DNA from: Paracoccaceae bacterium
GTDB taxonomy: Bacteria > Pseudomonadota > Alphaproteobacteria > Rhodobacterales > Rhodobacteraceae
Assembly (NCBI GenBank): GCA_963662705.2
Contig: OY759767.1
Span: 1,988,833 to 2,052,832, forward strand
Reading direction: 5' to 3'
DNA: 64,000 bases
Part shown: piece after piece, positions 29,689 to 38,491 of the stretch
How positions within the stretch are numbered: position 1 is the stretch's first letter
Layout: each line of letters opens with the position of its first letter
Notes under the pieces: model-generated
What the model was told of the DNA's origin: nothing
Seen by the model: the letters and a program-made list of their open reading frames with translations, nothing else
Databases searched by the model: none
Translations under genes and position numbers: made by a program

Positions 29689-30082
29689 CCGTCGGCTCTT
29701 TCCTTTTGTTGATGGGCCATCGCACCGAGAGCGATGGATTCGTTATGGAAGCCCGGCCCAGGTCGGTCGGAACGGAAGACGCAACCATCCTGCGAAAGGA
29801 AACCCGCATGGCAGAAACCCGCCGTGAATCATCATTCCGGGATGGAATTTGGCCACGCCCGCATTCCGAACGGTCGCGCGGACATGCGGAGAGAAGGTCT
29901 CGTTCCGGCAAACGTACTTTCTTTCGTCTTTACGCCCACAAGGATGAACGGACTGTTTGCGGCCCATCCATCCAGACTTCGTTCGGGCCGGAGGTGGTCG
30001 TGGTTTCTCCGCGCTTGTCGCGTAATCCTTCGGCTTGCCGTCCCGGAACGCCGATTTGCAAAGGGTCGTTCATTTGCCCACC

Positions 30083-31384
30083 TCAGATTTCCCGCATGAG
30101 CAAGCTGTCTTCAAATGGATAGCGGCTGAGGACGATGGGGACACTATCGGTCACGAGAACCTGGTCCTCGAGTTTGACGCCCTCGATGCCGCCGACCTCA
30201 CCAATGTAGCTTTCGACGCACATCACCATGCCCGTCTCCAGTTCGCCGTCAAAAAATTCGGGGTGGTCGGGAGAATGAAGAATTGCAGGCCATTCGTCCG
30301 CCATGCCGATGCCGTGCATCATGCACGGGTAGAGCTGATCACCGAAACCCGCGGGCGGGATGTAACGGGAGCGGGCGATATCGGAAAATGCCGCACCGGC
30401 TTTCACCAGCTGGGTATTTGTCATCACCTCAGCATGAGCGATCGAGTAGAGCTTCTTCTGGTAGTCCGACGGGAGCCCCGGACCGCACTGATAGGCGCGG
30501 GAGATGTCGCTGCCATAGCTGAACGGGCCGACCATGCCGCAGTCGAAAACCACCAGATCGCCCGCGCGGATCATCCGGCTGGATGCCTCCTGCTGCCAGG
30601 GATTGGTACGCTCGCCCGAGGCCAGCAGCCGGTAGTCCAACCACTCGCCGCCGCCTTCGATCAGGGCCGACCACATGAGCGCCCAAAGCTCTTGTTCGGT
30701 CACCCCGTTGCGCAAGGCATCGCGCATCCGCGTCATGCCGTCCTCGGCCACGGCAATGGTCAGGTTCATCGCGAGGATTTCTTCGGGGCTCTTGATTTTG
30801 CGGGCCATGGCCAGGACGGGGGCTACGTCCGCCACTTCGTGCCCCTTTGCCACCAGCGCCTGCTCGGAATGGAATCCGGAGCGTTCAATGCCAACCCGCT
30901 TTCTTCCCTGCCCGCAATGGATGCGGATCAGGTCTTCCATCTGCTCGGACCAGCGGGACGCCCATTCCTGGTGGCGAGAGCCCGCGAACATATAGGAGAG
31001 CGGCAGAATGTCGGCGCGGTTTTCGTCGATGGTTTCCAGTTGACAGCCGGTCGTGTGTCCCGGCGCGTTGTCGAAATGGATCACAGGCCCCTCGGCTGGA
31101 ATGAAGAGATAGCCTGCCTGGATATGCATCTGAAACAGCGCGCAGTTGCGCACGCCGGTGGCGTATCGGATTGACAGCGGCTCGACCAGGATGATCGCGT
31201 CGAAACCCTGTTTGACGATCTGTTCGCGCAATCGGTTTTGCCGGTAGCGCCGCATACGGGGCACATCGATCATGCCCTCCGTATCCACCGCCTGCATCGG
31301 AGGCGTGATCCGGGCTGCCTCTTCCAGCGTCAGCGGCTGCGGTTTGGCCGGGAAGGCGCGGTTGTAATCCATCGCGTCGTTCAT
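30083..31384 (-). CDS. M24 metallopeptidase-fold protein, creatinase/DddP-like (possible DMSP lyase family)
   Basis: Pita-bread metal ligands are present (VVFDCG..YGSDISR, MHGIG, CVESYIGE, KLEDQVLV). The C-terminal text CMMHGIGMADEWP..GMVMCVESYIGEVGG.EGVKLEDQVLVT...LSRYPF closely resembles DddP as I recall it. ATG 31384 overlaps the upstream stop (ATGA). The track start is GTG 31402. Confidence 0.7.
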   Translation of the reverse strand: MNDAMDYNRAFPAKPQPLTLEEAARITPPMQAVDTEGMIDVPRMRRYRQNRLREQIVKQGFDAIILVEPLSIRYATGVRNCALFQMHIQAGYLFIPAEGPVIHFDNAPGHTTGCQLETIDENRADILPLSYMFAGSRHQEWASRWSEQMEDLIRIHCGQGRKRVGIERSGFHSEQALVAKGHEVADVAPVLAMARKIKSPEEILAMNLTIAVAEDGMTRMRDALRNGVTEQELWALMWSALIEGGGEWLDYRLLASGERTNPWQQEASSRMIRAGDLVVFDCGMVGPFSYGSDISRAYQCGPGLPSDYQKKLYSIAHAEVMTNTQLVKAGAAFSDIARSRYIPPAGFGDQLYPCMMHGIGMADEWPAILHSPDHPEFFDGELETGMVMCVESYIGEVGGIEGVKLEDQVLVTDSVPIVLSRYPFEDSLLMREI

Positions 31385-32229
31385 TGATGTGTCGGATTCC
31401 ACTGTTCGAGCGCTTCGAGGAACTTCTCCTTATCTCCTGGATGCATGCCGATGCTGGTTTCGGCGTAGGGGAAGTTGCCAGCCACCACCTCACGGTGGAA
31501 CTGGCCGAGCGCGGCAACGCGTTCTTCGCGAATTTGCCTGTGTAACGGATCCAGGTTGCCGAAGGCATGGGCGTGCCTGGGGGGCTTTTCCTCTTCGCTT
31601 GCCTCTCCGCAGATATCGGCTACGAAGGAAAAGATCGCGTCGCCCGCCATGCCGGAACCGAGAGAGAAGGTGACGACGGTCGTTCTTTCATTGACCGCCT
31701 CAAGCACCTCCTCGGCAACGCATTCCACCTCGACGGCGAAGACACCCGCATCCTCCATACGCTTCAGAGTCTCCCAGACCCTGATCGCCTCGTCTGCCCT
31801 TCGGCCCCAGCCGCGCAAGCCTCCGCTGTAGTGGCTGAACGTGGGAATCAGACCGATATGGCTTTGCACCGGGATGCCGTCGCGGGCCATCCGCTCCATG
31901 ACCTCGTAGGAGCGGAGCGTGTAGTACATGTCCGCGCCCCTGCGCATCGCCTCATAGGCGTGGGCGACGATTTCGTCGTCGGAGCCGAATTGCGCCCACG
32001 TGGAGCCGACGCCGGCGAAATGGGTCGGCGCGATCTGTCGCACATCCTCGATCTGGCCGGCACCAACCACGAAAACGTCGATCCCGGCTTCGACGCAGGC
32101 GTGCAGTTCGTCGTTGTTGGCCGGATTGGCCATCGAGAGTTTGCAGCCCGACCCCTTGATGGCACGCAGGTCGGCGACCGTGTAATTCCGCCGGGCCGGC
32201 TTGCGGCTGAAGCCGTAGATCCTCCTCAT
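31381..32229 (-). CDS. PanB-like (3-methyl-2-oxobutanoate hydroxymethyltransferase family, ICL/PEPM superfamily) protein
   Basis: TVADLRAIKGSG.KLSM..D...A....AGIDVFVVG.., GIPVQSHIGLIP..GG.RGWGR and AGVFAVEVECV align with PanB landmarks. It is divergent from canonical PanB. Confidence 0.7.
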   Translation of the reverse strand: MRRIYGFSRKPARRNYTVADLRAIKGSGCKLSMANPANNDELHACVEAGIDVFVVGAGQIEDVRQIAPTHFAGVGSTWAQFGSDDEIVAHAYEAMRRGADMYYTLRSYEVMERMARDGIPVQSHIGLIPTFSHYSGGLRGWGRRADEAIRVWETLKRMEDAGVFAVEVECVAEEVLEAVNERTTVVTFSLGSGMAGDAIFSFVADICGEASEEEKPPRHAHAFGNLDPLHRQIREERVAALGQFHREVVAGNFPYAETSIGMHPGDKEKFLEALEQWNPTHQ

Positions 32230-32230
32230 G

Positions 32231-33259
32231 TCACATTGTCCTTTGCGCGACCTGCACCACGGGGCCGCCGGAGGTGACCATGTGCGGCGCCTGGCGTATG
32301 CTGGGAGCCTTGGTGGACAGGCCCAGAGTACGGCGCAAGACCACCAGGAAGACTTCGCAGTTCGTGCGGAAGAAGCCCGGGTCAGGCGAGGGAACCTGCG
32401 CCTCTACGGCGCGGGCGAGGTCCGGCAGGGCGTGGAAAGGTACCTGCGGGTAAAGGTGGTGCTCCACATGGTTGTTCATGTTCATGTAGAGGAAATTGGC
32501 CAGCCAATTGCCCCGGAACGAGCGCGTGCTTTCGAGGATCGAGGGCGAGTCTTCCTGCAACTCGACGTGCTGGATCAGCGTGAACAGGAGCATCACCGGC
32601 GCGCCCAGGACACGCGGGATGACAAGGAACCAGAACGGCCACCAAATTCCCGCAAAGGGGGCCGCGGCGATCAGGGTGTAGATGGCCAGCATAATTTGCG
32701 CGTTCCGGGTCATCACGGGGAATTCCTCTACCGGCGTCACCATCCGCATGGTGTCGGTGTAGCGCTGCGTCGCGAGGTTAAAGAACACCTGGATGTGGAA
32801 ACGCAAGAGTCCGAAGCCGGTGATTTCGGTCAGCCACCCCCCGAATCCCATCGGCGTGTCGAAGGGCATCTGGCTGTCCTTGCCCACGTGCCATGTATGG
32901 GTGTGGTGGTTCGTGTGCGTGTAACGCCGATGGAGCGGTTCTTCCATGTAAAGCAGCGACGTGATCCAAAGGACCGCCTCGTTCAGCCATCGGCTGCGGA
33001 AAGCGGTTCCATGGGCAGTTTCGTGACTGACGGCGTAGGAGGGCACCGTCAGGAACACACCATGGACGAACATGGCGGGCCAGGCCCAAAGGGTGCCGAG
33101 GCTGGCCCAGACCAGGGCACCGGTAAGGGCAAGCGACAGCGTCCATTTTGCCAGGTAGAGCAGCCCCGGTCGATCCGAACGGGCGGCGATCTGCTTGAGG
33201 GTTTTCTTGTCGAGTCGAACACCGGACGAGGCGGCGTTCGTAGGAACGTAACCGGGCAT
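32231..33259 (-). CDS. Membrane fatty-acid-desaturase-family di-iron oxygenase
   Basis: Three His boxes (HETAH, HRRYHTNHH, HVEHHLYP) and 4 or more hydrophobic helices. There is a 1-nt gap to the downstream PanB-like gene. Confidence 0.82.
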   Translation of the reverse strand: MPGYVPTNAASSGVRLDKKTLKQIAARSDRPGLLYLAKWTLSLALTGALVWASLGTLWAWPAMFVHGVFLTVPSYAVSHETAHGTAFRSRWLNEAVLWITSLLYMEEPLHRRYTHTNHHTHTWHVGKDSQMPFDTPMGFGGWLTEITGFGLLRFHIQVFFNLATQRYTDTMRMVTPVEEFPVMTRNAQIMLAIYTLIAAAPFAGIWWPFWFLVIPRVLGAPVMLLFTLIQHVELQEDSPSILESTRSFRGNWLANFLYMNMNNHVEHHLYPQVPFHALPDLARAVEAQVPSPDPGFFRTNCEVFLVVLRRTLGLSTKAPSIRQAPHMVTSGGPVVQVAQRTM

Positions 33260-33268
33260 TGGCGGTCC

Positions 33269-34078
33269 TCAGCTCGCGTAGTCCGATCCTTCGTCTTCAA
33301 GGATCGCCTTCAGTTCGGTCAGGTGACGTTCGGCCTGATCGGGATATATTTCGAGCTCCCGGGCGGTTTTTTCCGCAATCTCGTGGCTGAGCACCCGTAG
33401 CGGCTTACCGGTCTGAAGGGCGTGGATATAGGTCTCGGCCGCACGTTCGAAGTAGTAGAGCCGGTTGAACGTGTCGGCGACGTCGCTGCCGATCACCAGT
33501 ACACCGTGGTTTCCCATGATCATCACCTTGACCTTCGGGTCGAACAGAATCCCGGCGCAACGCATGCCTTCCTCTTCGAAGGCGAGACCGCCAAAACTCT
33601 CATCCACCACGGTGCGGCCGTAGAATGTCGCGGTATTCTGGTCGATCGGCAATAGCGTACTGTCCTTCAGGCAGGCGAGAACCGTGGCGTGGATCGAGTG
33701 AACATGCATCACGCAACGGGCGTGAGGTACCTGCCGGTGGATCGATCCGTGCAGGCCCCACGCGGTGGGATCGGGGGCGCCGGGCTGGTCCATCGCGGCG
33801 GGATTGTCGGCATCGAGAAGCAACAGGTCCGAGGCCTTGATCCGGCTGAAGTGCCGCTGACTGGGGTTCATCAGAAACCATTTGCCGTCGTCGCTGACTG
33901 CCAGGCTGAAATGATTCGCTACCGCCTCGTGCATGTTCAAGCGCGCAGTCCAGCGGAAGGCCGCGGCAAGGTCCGTGCGCTCGTTCCAGTGAGTGAGGTT
34001 TTCGATTTGCGCCACCTGTCGCACACGTGCTTTCCTTGCCCGGTGACACTTTCTTTCAGGTGTGATGGAGGCTGACAA
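33269..34078 (-). CDS. Class II aldolase/adducin family protein
   Basis: Typical text: WGLHGSIH..CVMHVHS (His metal ligands)..MGNHGVLV.G....AF..L..FERA. Confidence 0.85.
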   Translation of the reverse strand: MSASITPERKCHRARKARVRQVAQIENLTHWNERTDLAAAFRWTARLNMHEAVANHFSLAVSDDGKWFLMNPSQRHFSRIKASDLLLLDADNPAAMDQPGAPDPTAWGLHGSIHRQVPHARCVMHVHSIHATVLACLKDSTLLPIDQNTATFYGRTVVDESFGGLAFEEEGMRCAGILFDPKVKVMIMGNHGVLVIGSDVADTFNRLYYFERAAETYIHALQTGKPLRVLSHEIAEKTARELEIYPDQAERHLTELKAILEDEGSDYAS

Positions 34079-34093
34079 ACAATGATTTTTCGG

Positions 34094-34114
34094 TTAATCC
34101 ATTAGAAAAATTAA
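34094..34114. promoter_or_regulatory. LysR-type T-N11-A box (TTAAT-N11-ATTAA) in the divergent intergenic region
   Basis: Inverted TTAAT (34094-98) and ATTAA (34110-14) separated by 11 nt. They sit inside the 56-bp AT-rich gap between the aldolase operon start (34078) and the lysR start (34135). Confidence 0.5.
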
Positions 34115-34134
34115 TACATGCGTAATGAACCAGG

Positions 34135-35016
34135 ATGACGATCTCCCGCCTCCCGCCTCTCACCTGGCTGCGCGCCTTCGAGGTCACGGCGCGCCACCTC
34201 AGCTTCACCCGCGCGGCGACCGAGTTGAACCTGACCCAGTCCGCCGTTTCCCAGCATGTCCGACGCCTCGAGTCTTTTCTTGGCCGCGACCTGTTCATTC
34301 GAAAAACACGAACCCTGGAGTTGACCGAAGATGGTGCGAATTACCTTCCCGGCCTTCGAGAGGCCTTCGACCTGATAGCCAGCAGCACCCGGGCTTTCAC
34401 GGGCGGCGACCGGGGCCGAAACATGACCCTTCAATGCAACATGGCCTTTTCCGTGTTCTGGCTCGCGCCGCGCCTGGATCGACTCTATTCGATGTATCCC
34501 TGGCTCGTGCTCAACATCGTGACTCCGATCTGGGATCCCGAGCGCCATGCTGCAAACGCGTCCGTCGAAATTCGGTTTGGAAAGGGCGAAGAAATGTCCG
34601 AAGCGGCGGTCCGCCTTGCCGACGAGCGGTTTTTTCCCGTTTGCGCGCCTGGCTACCGCGGTGAAGCCTTCGATCTGCAATCGGCCACCCTGTTCGACTG
34701 CGCCGGTATCACCGGTACCTGGGGGAACTGGTTCAAGACACAGGGCAAGGAGTTTACCCGGCACGGTGAAATAAACCTGACTTCGACCTTCGTGATCGCG
34801 ATCACTGCGGTACTGAATGGCGCAGGCATCACGATGGCCCACGACTCGCTCGTCTTGGATCTGCTCGAGAAGGGCGACCTTGTCCGTCCGTTTGAGCACA
34901 CCGCACCGTTGAAGGAGGGGTACTTTCTTCTTCCGCCGGCCACCCATGCCCGGACCCCGGCCTCCGATGCGTTTCTCGACTGGATCGAGAAAGAGACATC
35001 CGGTAATGACCTTTGA
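34135..35016 (+). CDS. LysR family transcriptional regulator (GcvA-like)
   Basis: HTH text LPPLTWLRAFEVTARHLSFTRAATELNLTQSAVSQHVRRLE, with a substrate-binding C-terminal domain. Confidence 0.92.
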   Translation: MTISRLPPLTWLRAFEVTARHLSFTRAATELNLTQSAVSQHVRRLESFLGRDLFIRKTRTLELTEDGANYLPGLREAFDLIASSTRAFTGGDRGRNMTLQCNMAFSVFWLAPRLDRLYSMYPWLVLNIVTPIWDPERHAANASVEIRFGKGEEMSEAAVRLADERFFPVCAPGYRGEAFDLQSATLFDCAGITGTWGNWFKTQGKEFTRHGEINLTSTFVIAITAVLNGAGITMAHDSLVLDLLEKGDLVRPFEHTAPLKEGYFLLPPATHARTPASDAFLDWIEKETSGNDL

Positions 35017-35504
35017 TCGCGGGGCCTGCCCGGCCCGGCGTTATGCGCGTTCTTCACAATTGCTGAGATCTGAAACCTCTCGATCAAGGAACGGATGACT
35101 CTGCTCGGGCTGACCGTACAACCGACCCGTTTCAGGTGGAAGATGGGTCCAATTGCTGTTCTGCCAAAGGATGCGCTGGAACGGATTTTCCAAGAAACCG
35201 CCGGTGGTTTCTTGATGGCAGAATCGGCAGGATTTGCCCAAGCAAAAAATTACGGCCTTGTATCAGCCAAAAAAATCGTCAAGAGAGCGTGCCGCGGCAC
35301 AGTCGGTCAGTGGCGTCCCCCGAGGGTCGTTCTTGCAGACGAAGTTGCGCCCGAACTGTCGGTGGATTGGGATTGCGTGTTTGATCCGGCTGTCCAGGTC
35401 GGCGAAGCCCGAACAATCGACGACCGGTTCCTCGACGATACCAGCGTGATTTACTGACAGAAGTGTCAAAAGGAAAAACCTGACCACATTTGGGAGAGAA
35501 TTGC

Positions 35505-36278
35505 ATGCCTGCCAGGATCAACCTGCTCAAACGCATGCTTCGCGAGGGAAAACCGAGCGTCGGACTGTTTCATAGCCTTGGTTCTCCACTTGCAGCTGAG
35601 CTCCTGGGCCACGCCGGTTTTGACTGGATCGTCGTGGACAGCGAACATTCGACCAATGATGTGCTTTCCGTTCGCGATCAACTGGTCGCGCTCGATGCGA
35701 CGGGTGTTCCCGCGGTCGTGAGAGTGGTGGAAGGACAAAACCACGTCGTCAAGCAATTCATGGACGCCGGTGCGCAGACACTCATGGTGCCAATGGTGGA
35801 ATCCAAAGAGTACGCCTCAGCAATGGTCCGCGCCATGCGTTATCCGCCAGACGGTATTCGAGGTGTCGCGTCGGGAACCCGTGCAGGCCAGTTCGGTCTG
35901 AATGCGGACTACCTGTCCACGGCCAACCAGGAGGCCTGCCTGATCATCCAGATCGAAAGCCAAATCGCCCTGGACAACCTGGACGCGTTGCTTGCAGTCG
36001 ACGGAGTCGACTGCCTTTTCGTTGGTCCTTCCGACCTCTCGGCCGACATGGGTCATCTCGGGAATCCCGGGCACCCCGATGTACAAAACGCGATTGAGAA
36101 GGCACTGAAGAAAATTCGAAATGCGGGAAGATCTGCCGGAATTTATGTGGGCGGCGCCGAAGCGGCCAGGAAATACGTGGGATGGGGCGCTAACTTTCTG
36201 GCCGTTGGTACCGATCTCGGTATTCTTGCCAAGGCAGTCTCCGGTGTCGCGCGTGACCTCCGTACTGTCGTCGGATAA
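35505..36278 (+). CDS. HpcH/HpaI family 2-keto-3-deoxy-acid aldolase
   Basis: G.F......P...E.L...GFDW.V.D.EH, and later IQIES..A..N...I..V.GVD..F.GP.DLS. GGGAGAG SD lies 6 nt before ATG 35505. Confidence 0.85.
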   Translation: MPARINLLKRMLREGKPSVGLFHSLGSPLAAELLGHAGFDWIVVDSEHSTNDVLSVRDQLVALDATGVPAVVRVVEGQNHVVKQFMDAGAQTLMVPMVESKEYASAMVRAMRYPPDGIRGVASGTRAGQFGLNADYLSTANQEACLIIQIESQIALDNLDALLAVDGVDCLFVGPSDLSADMGHLGNPGHPDVQNAIEKALKKIRNAGRSAGIYVGGAEAARKYVGWGANFLAVGTDLGILAKAVSGVARDLRTVVG

Positions 36279-36493
36279 TACAGTACGGGACAGGTCCTGC
36301 CGTTCCCGACAGCCGGTTATGTGCCGCCGCTTGCGGGCAGCCGGTCGCGCCGGCACCTTGCAGGTGTAGCCAACGTCGGGCAAGTCGTATCGTCGCCGGG
36401 AAGCTGTTTCGGCCATTTTCGTCCGATTTAAGGGGCCAGCGACATCTCGAGAAAATGAAATCCCGTCGTGCCTGCCATTCCGGGAGGAGCCGG

Positions 36494-38035
36494 TTACGTC
36501 AGAGGCAGATGAATCCGAAAGTCCTTGCGGATCCTGGCGTCAAGATCCGGGGGGAGTCGTGCAGAAGACGCCTGTGACAGGATTTCCTGCTTACGGCGAA
36601 TCGCAGAATCGAGAAGACCGGGTCGGTTGTTTTCCTCCCATTCCTTGGGCGACGTCCGATCGGCGATGGTAGGGTAGATGTACTCCGTCTGCATGAGCTG
36701 CAGAGTTTGCTGGTGTCCGAGGTAATGTCCCGGACCGTCCAGACAGACACTCCTGATAACGTCCAGGGAAACGTTGTCCTCTGAAACTTCGATTCCGCGT
36801 ACGCAACGCATCGACTGCCCGAGTAAATCGTCACCGATTATGAGGCTTTCGAGACAGAACCCCAGCAAGGATGCATGCATGCCAACGGCCTCGTAAACCA
36901 TGTTGAGACCAGACAATCCTGCCATGACATTGGAGTGCGCCTGTTCATAACCGGCCTGCATGTCCGGCAATTTCGAATCAGCTATTCCCGCCGCGGCCCC
37001 GCCTGGAACACCATAGTACTTGTGCATTTGTGCACATCCAGCCGTCAGGAGCGCCTGCTCACCGGATCCGCCTGACATGGCGCCCGTGCGCAAATCGGAG
37101 ACAAACGGCCAGGTGCCGAAAATAGCCGGGAACCCCGGGATCATGGCGTTGACATAAACCAGTCCGGCTAGGCATTCTGCTGTCGCCTGAACGATTGCAC
37201 CGGCGATCGGCGCCGGTGCCGTGGCGCCGGCTTGTCCGGCCGACAAGAGAAGAACAGGCATTCCTCCCCGAACACAAGCCTCGAGGACCAGGCAACTCTC
37301 TGTCGCGAACTTCATGGGAGGCACGACAAAGCAATTCGAATTGGAAATGAACGGCCGGTCACGGAACGACTGTTCGCCGCCCGCGATCATGTAGATCAAA
37401 TCGAATACGCCGGGCATGAATGCCACTTCCGTAAAGCTTGTTCCGACATGTTTGAGAGTTCCGGTACACGACGCGTAGATCGTGTTGAGGTCCATTTCGT
37501 AGTTGTCGGGAATATCACGGCAGACCATGGGTCGTTGAAAGAAATGCACATTGTCGAGTTGCTCCACGATACATGCCGCATCGTGCAGGTCCTGAACCCT
37601 GCATTCCCGGTATTGCCGGTTTTCCACATCGACCAGATGAACCGCTGCGCCGGCCGTTCCGAAGTGGACGCGGTGACCCGACAGGTCCAAATCATGTCTT
37701 GGGCCACGGCCATGAAGGACGATTTTCTTCGCCGCAATTGCAATGGTGTCTTCGACCAGGGCACGCGGAAAACGCACTCTTCCATCGTCACCTAATACTG
37801 CACCTGCGCCTGTCAGGATCTCGATGCCCGATTCCGGCGCGTCAGCAATCCCGATCTGCTCGAGGGCGTCGAGAGCTGCATGATGGATTCGGTTGATGCC
37901 GGACTCCGTCAGCGGTTGGTATGTTCCTCCTTCGAGTCCCGGCCAAATCGGTCGGGAATCCCTCGGCAAGGGTGCGGAGCGCAGGGTTCGTCGTGCCGCT
38001 CGGCCACCTGCCCTGCGTGGTCTGATGTCATTCAT
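36494..38035 (-). CDS. MttB-superfamily (trimethylamine methyltransferase-like, non-pyrrolysine) methyltransferase
   Basis: 513 aa of COG5598-type text (YQPLTESGINRIHHAALDALEQIG..). There is no in-frame TAG. Confidence 0.85.
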   Translation of the reverse strand: MNDIRPRRAGGRAARRTLRSAPLPRDSRPIWPGLEGGTYQPLTESGINRIHHAALDALEQIGIADAPESGIEILTGAGAVLGDDGRVRFPRALVEDTIAIAAKKIVLHGRGPRHDLDLSGHRVHFGTAGAAVHLVDVENRQYRECRVQDLHDAACIVEQLDNVHFFQRPMVCRDIPDNYEMDLNTIYASCTGTLKHVGTSFTEVAFMPGVFDLIYMIAGGEQSFRDRPFISNSNCFVVPPMKFATESCLVLEACVRGGMPVLLLSAGQAGATAPAPIAGAIVQATAECLAGLVYVNAMIPGFPAIFGTWPFVSDLRTGAMSGGSGEQALLTAGCAQMHKYYGVPGGAAAGIADSKLPDMQAGYEQAHSNVMAGLSGLNMVYEAVGMHASLLGFCLESLIIGDDLLGQSMRCVRGIEVSEDNVSLDVIRSVCLDGPGHYLGHQQTLQLMQTEYIYPTIADRTSPKEWEENNRPGLLDSAIRRKQEILSQASSARLPPDLDARIRKDFRIHLPLT

Positions 38036-38491
38036 GTTAGAGAACCTGCCCTGGAGTACGGGATTGGATTGCCAGACTCAATTCAAAACTAGGGAGACCC
38101 GCGTGCAGCACGGCCACGATTTGCCCCAATCGTCAGCGTAATAAGCGCTTCCAACCAGTCCAGATCGACCAATCTTCCGACTCCTTGCTCAGGGGACGGT
38201 TAACAAAGCGTTAATTGTATGTCCTCGTGTTGTCAAACATGACGCCACCTTAAATTAGAGCCATTTGCACCAGTCGAAGGTTGACGGATGCCCCGGTGCC
38301 GAAATTCGGCAGGTGAAGAGAGAAAGGACGACTTGGATGACAATTCGGTCGCCCGGGCATTTCGGTAGGACGAATGACAGGATTCCGGGCAAGGTGTGGT
38401 CCAAGATGTGGTCGCGGGGTTCTCGGATCAGCCGCCTGTCCCAATAACGGATCACATTTGGCAGATGTCGAAGATTGGCCGAGAAACTCCG

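Noticed and set aside
35263-35265. The in-frame TGA as a selenocysteine codon, given the CxxC motif nearby
   Set aside because: No convincing SECIS-like hairpin lies at the required distance. The only 6-bp stem is about 50 nt downstream. No sel genes are in the window, the ORF has no recognisable family, and the surrounding block shows other gene decay. A pseudogene is the simpler explanation.
36494-38035. Pyrrolysine (in-frame TAG) in the MttB-family gene
   Set aside because: The ORF is uninterrupted over 513 codons with no internal TAG. It belongs to the non-Pyl branch.
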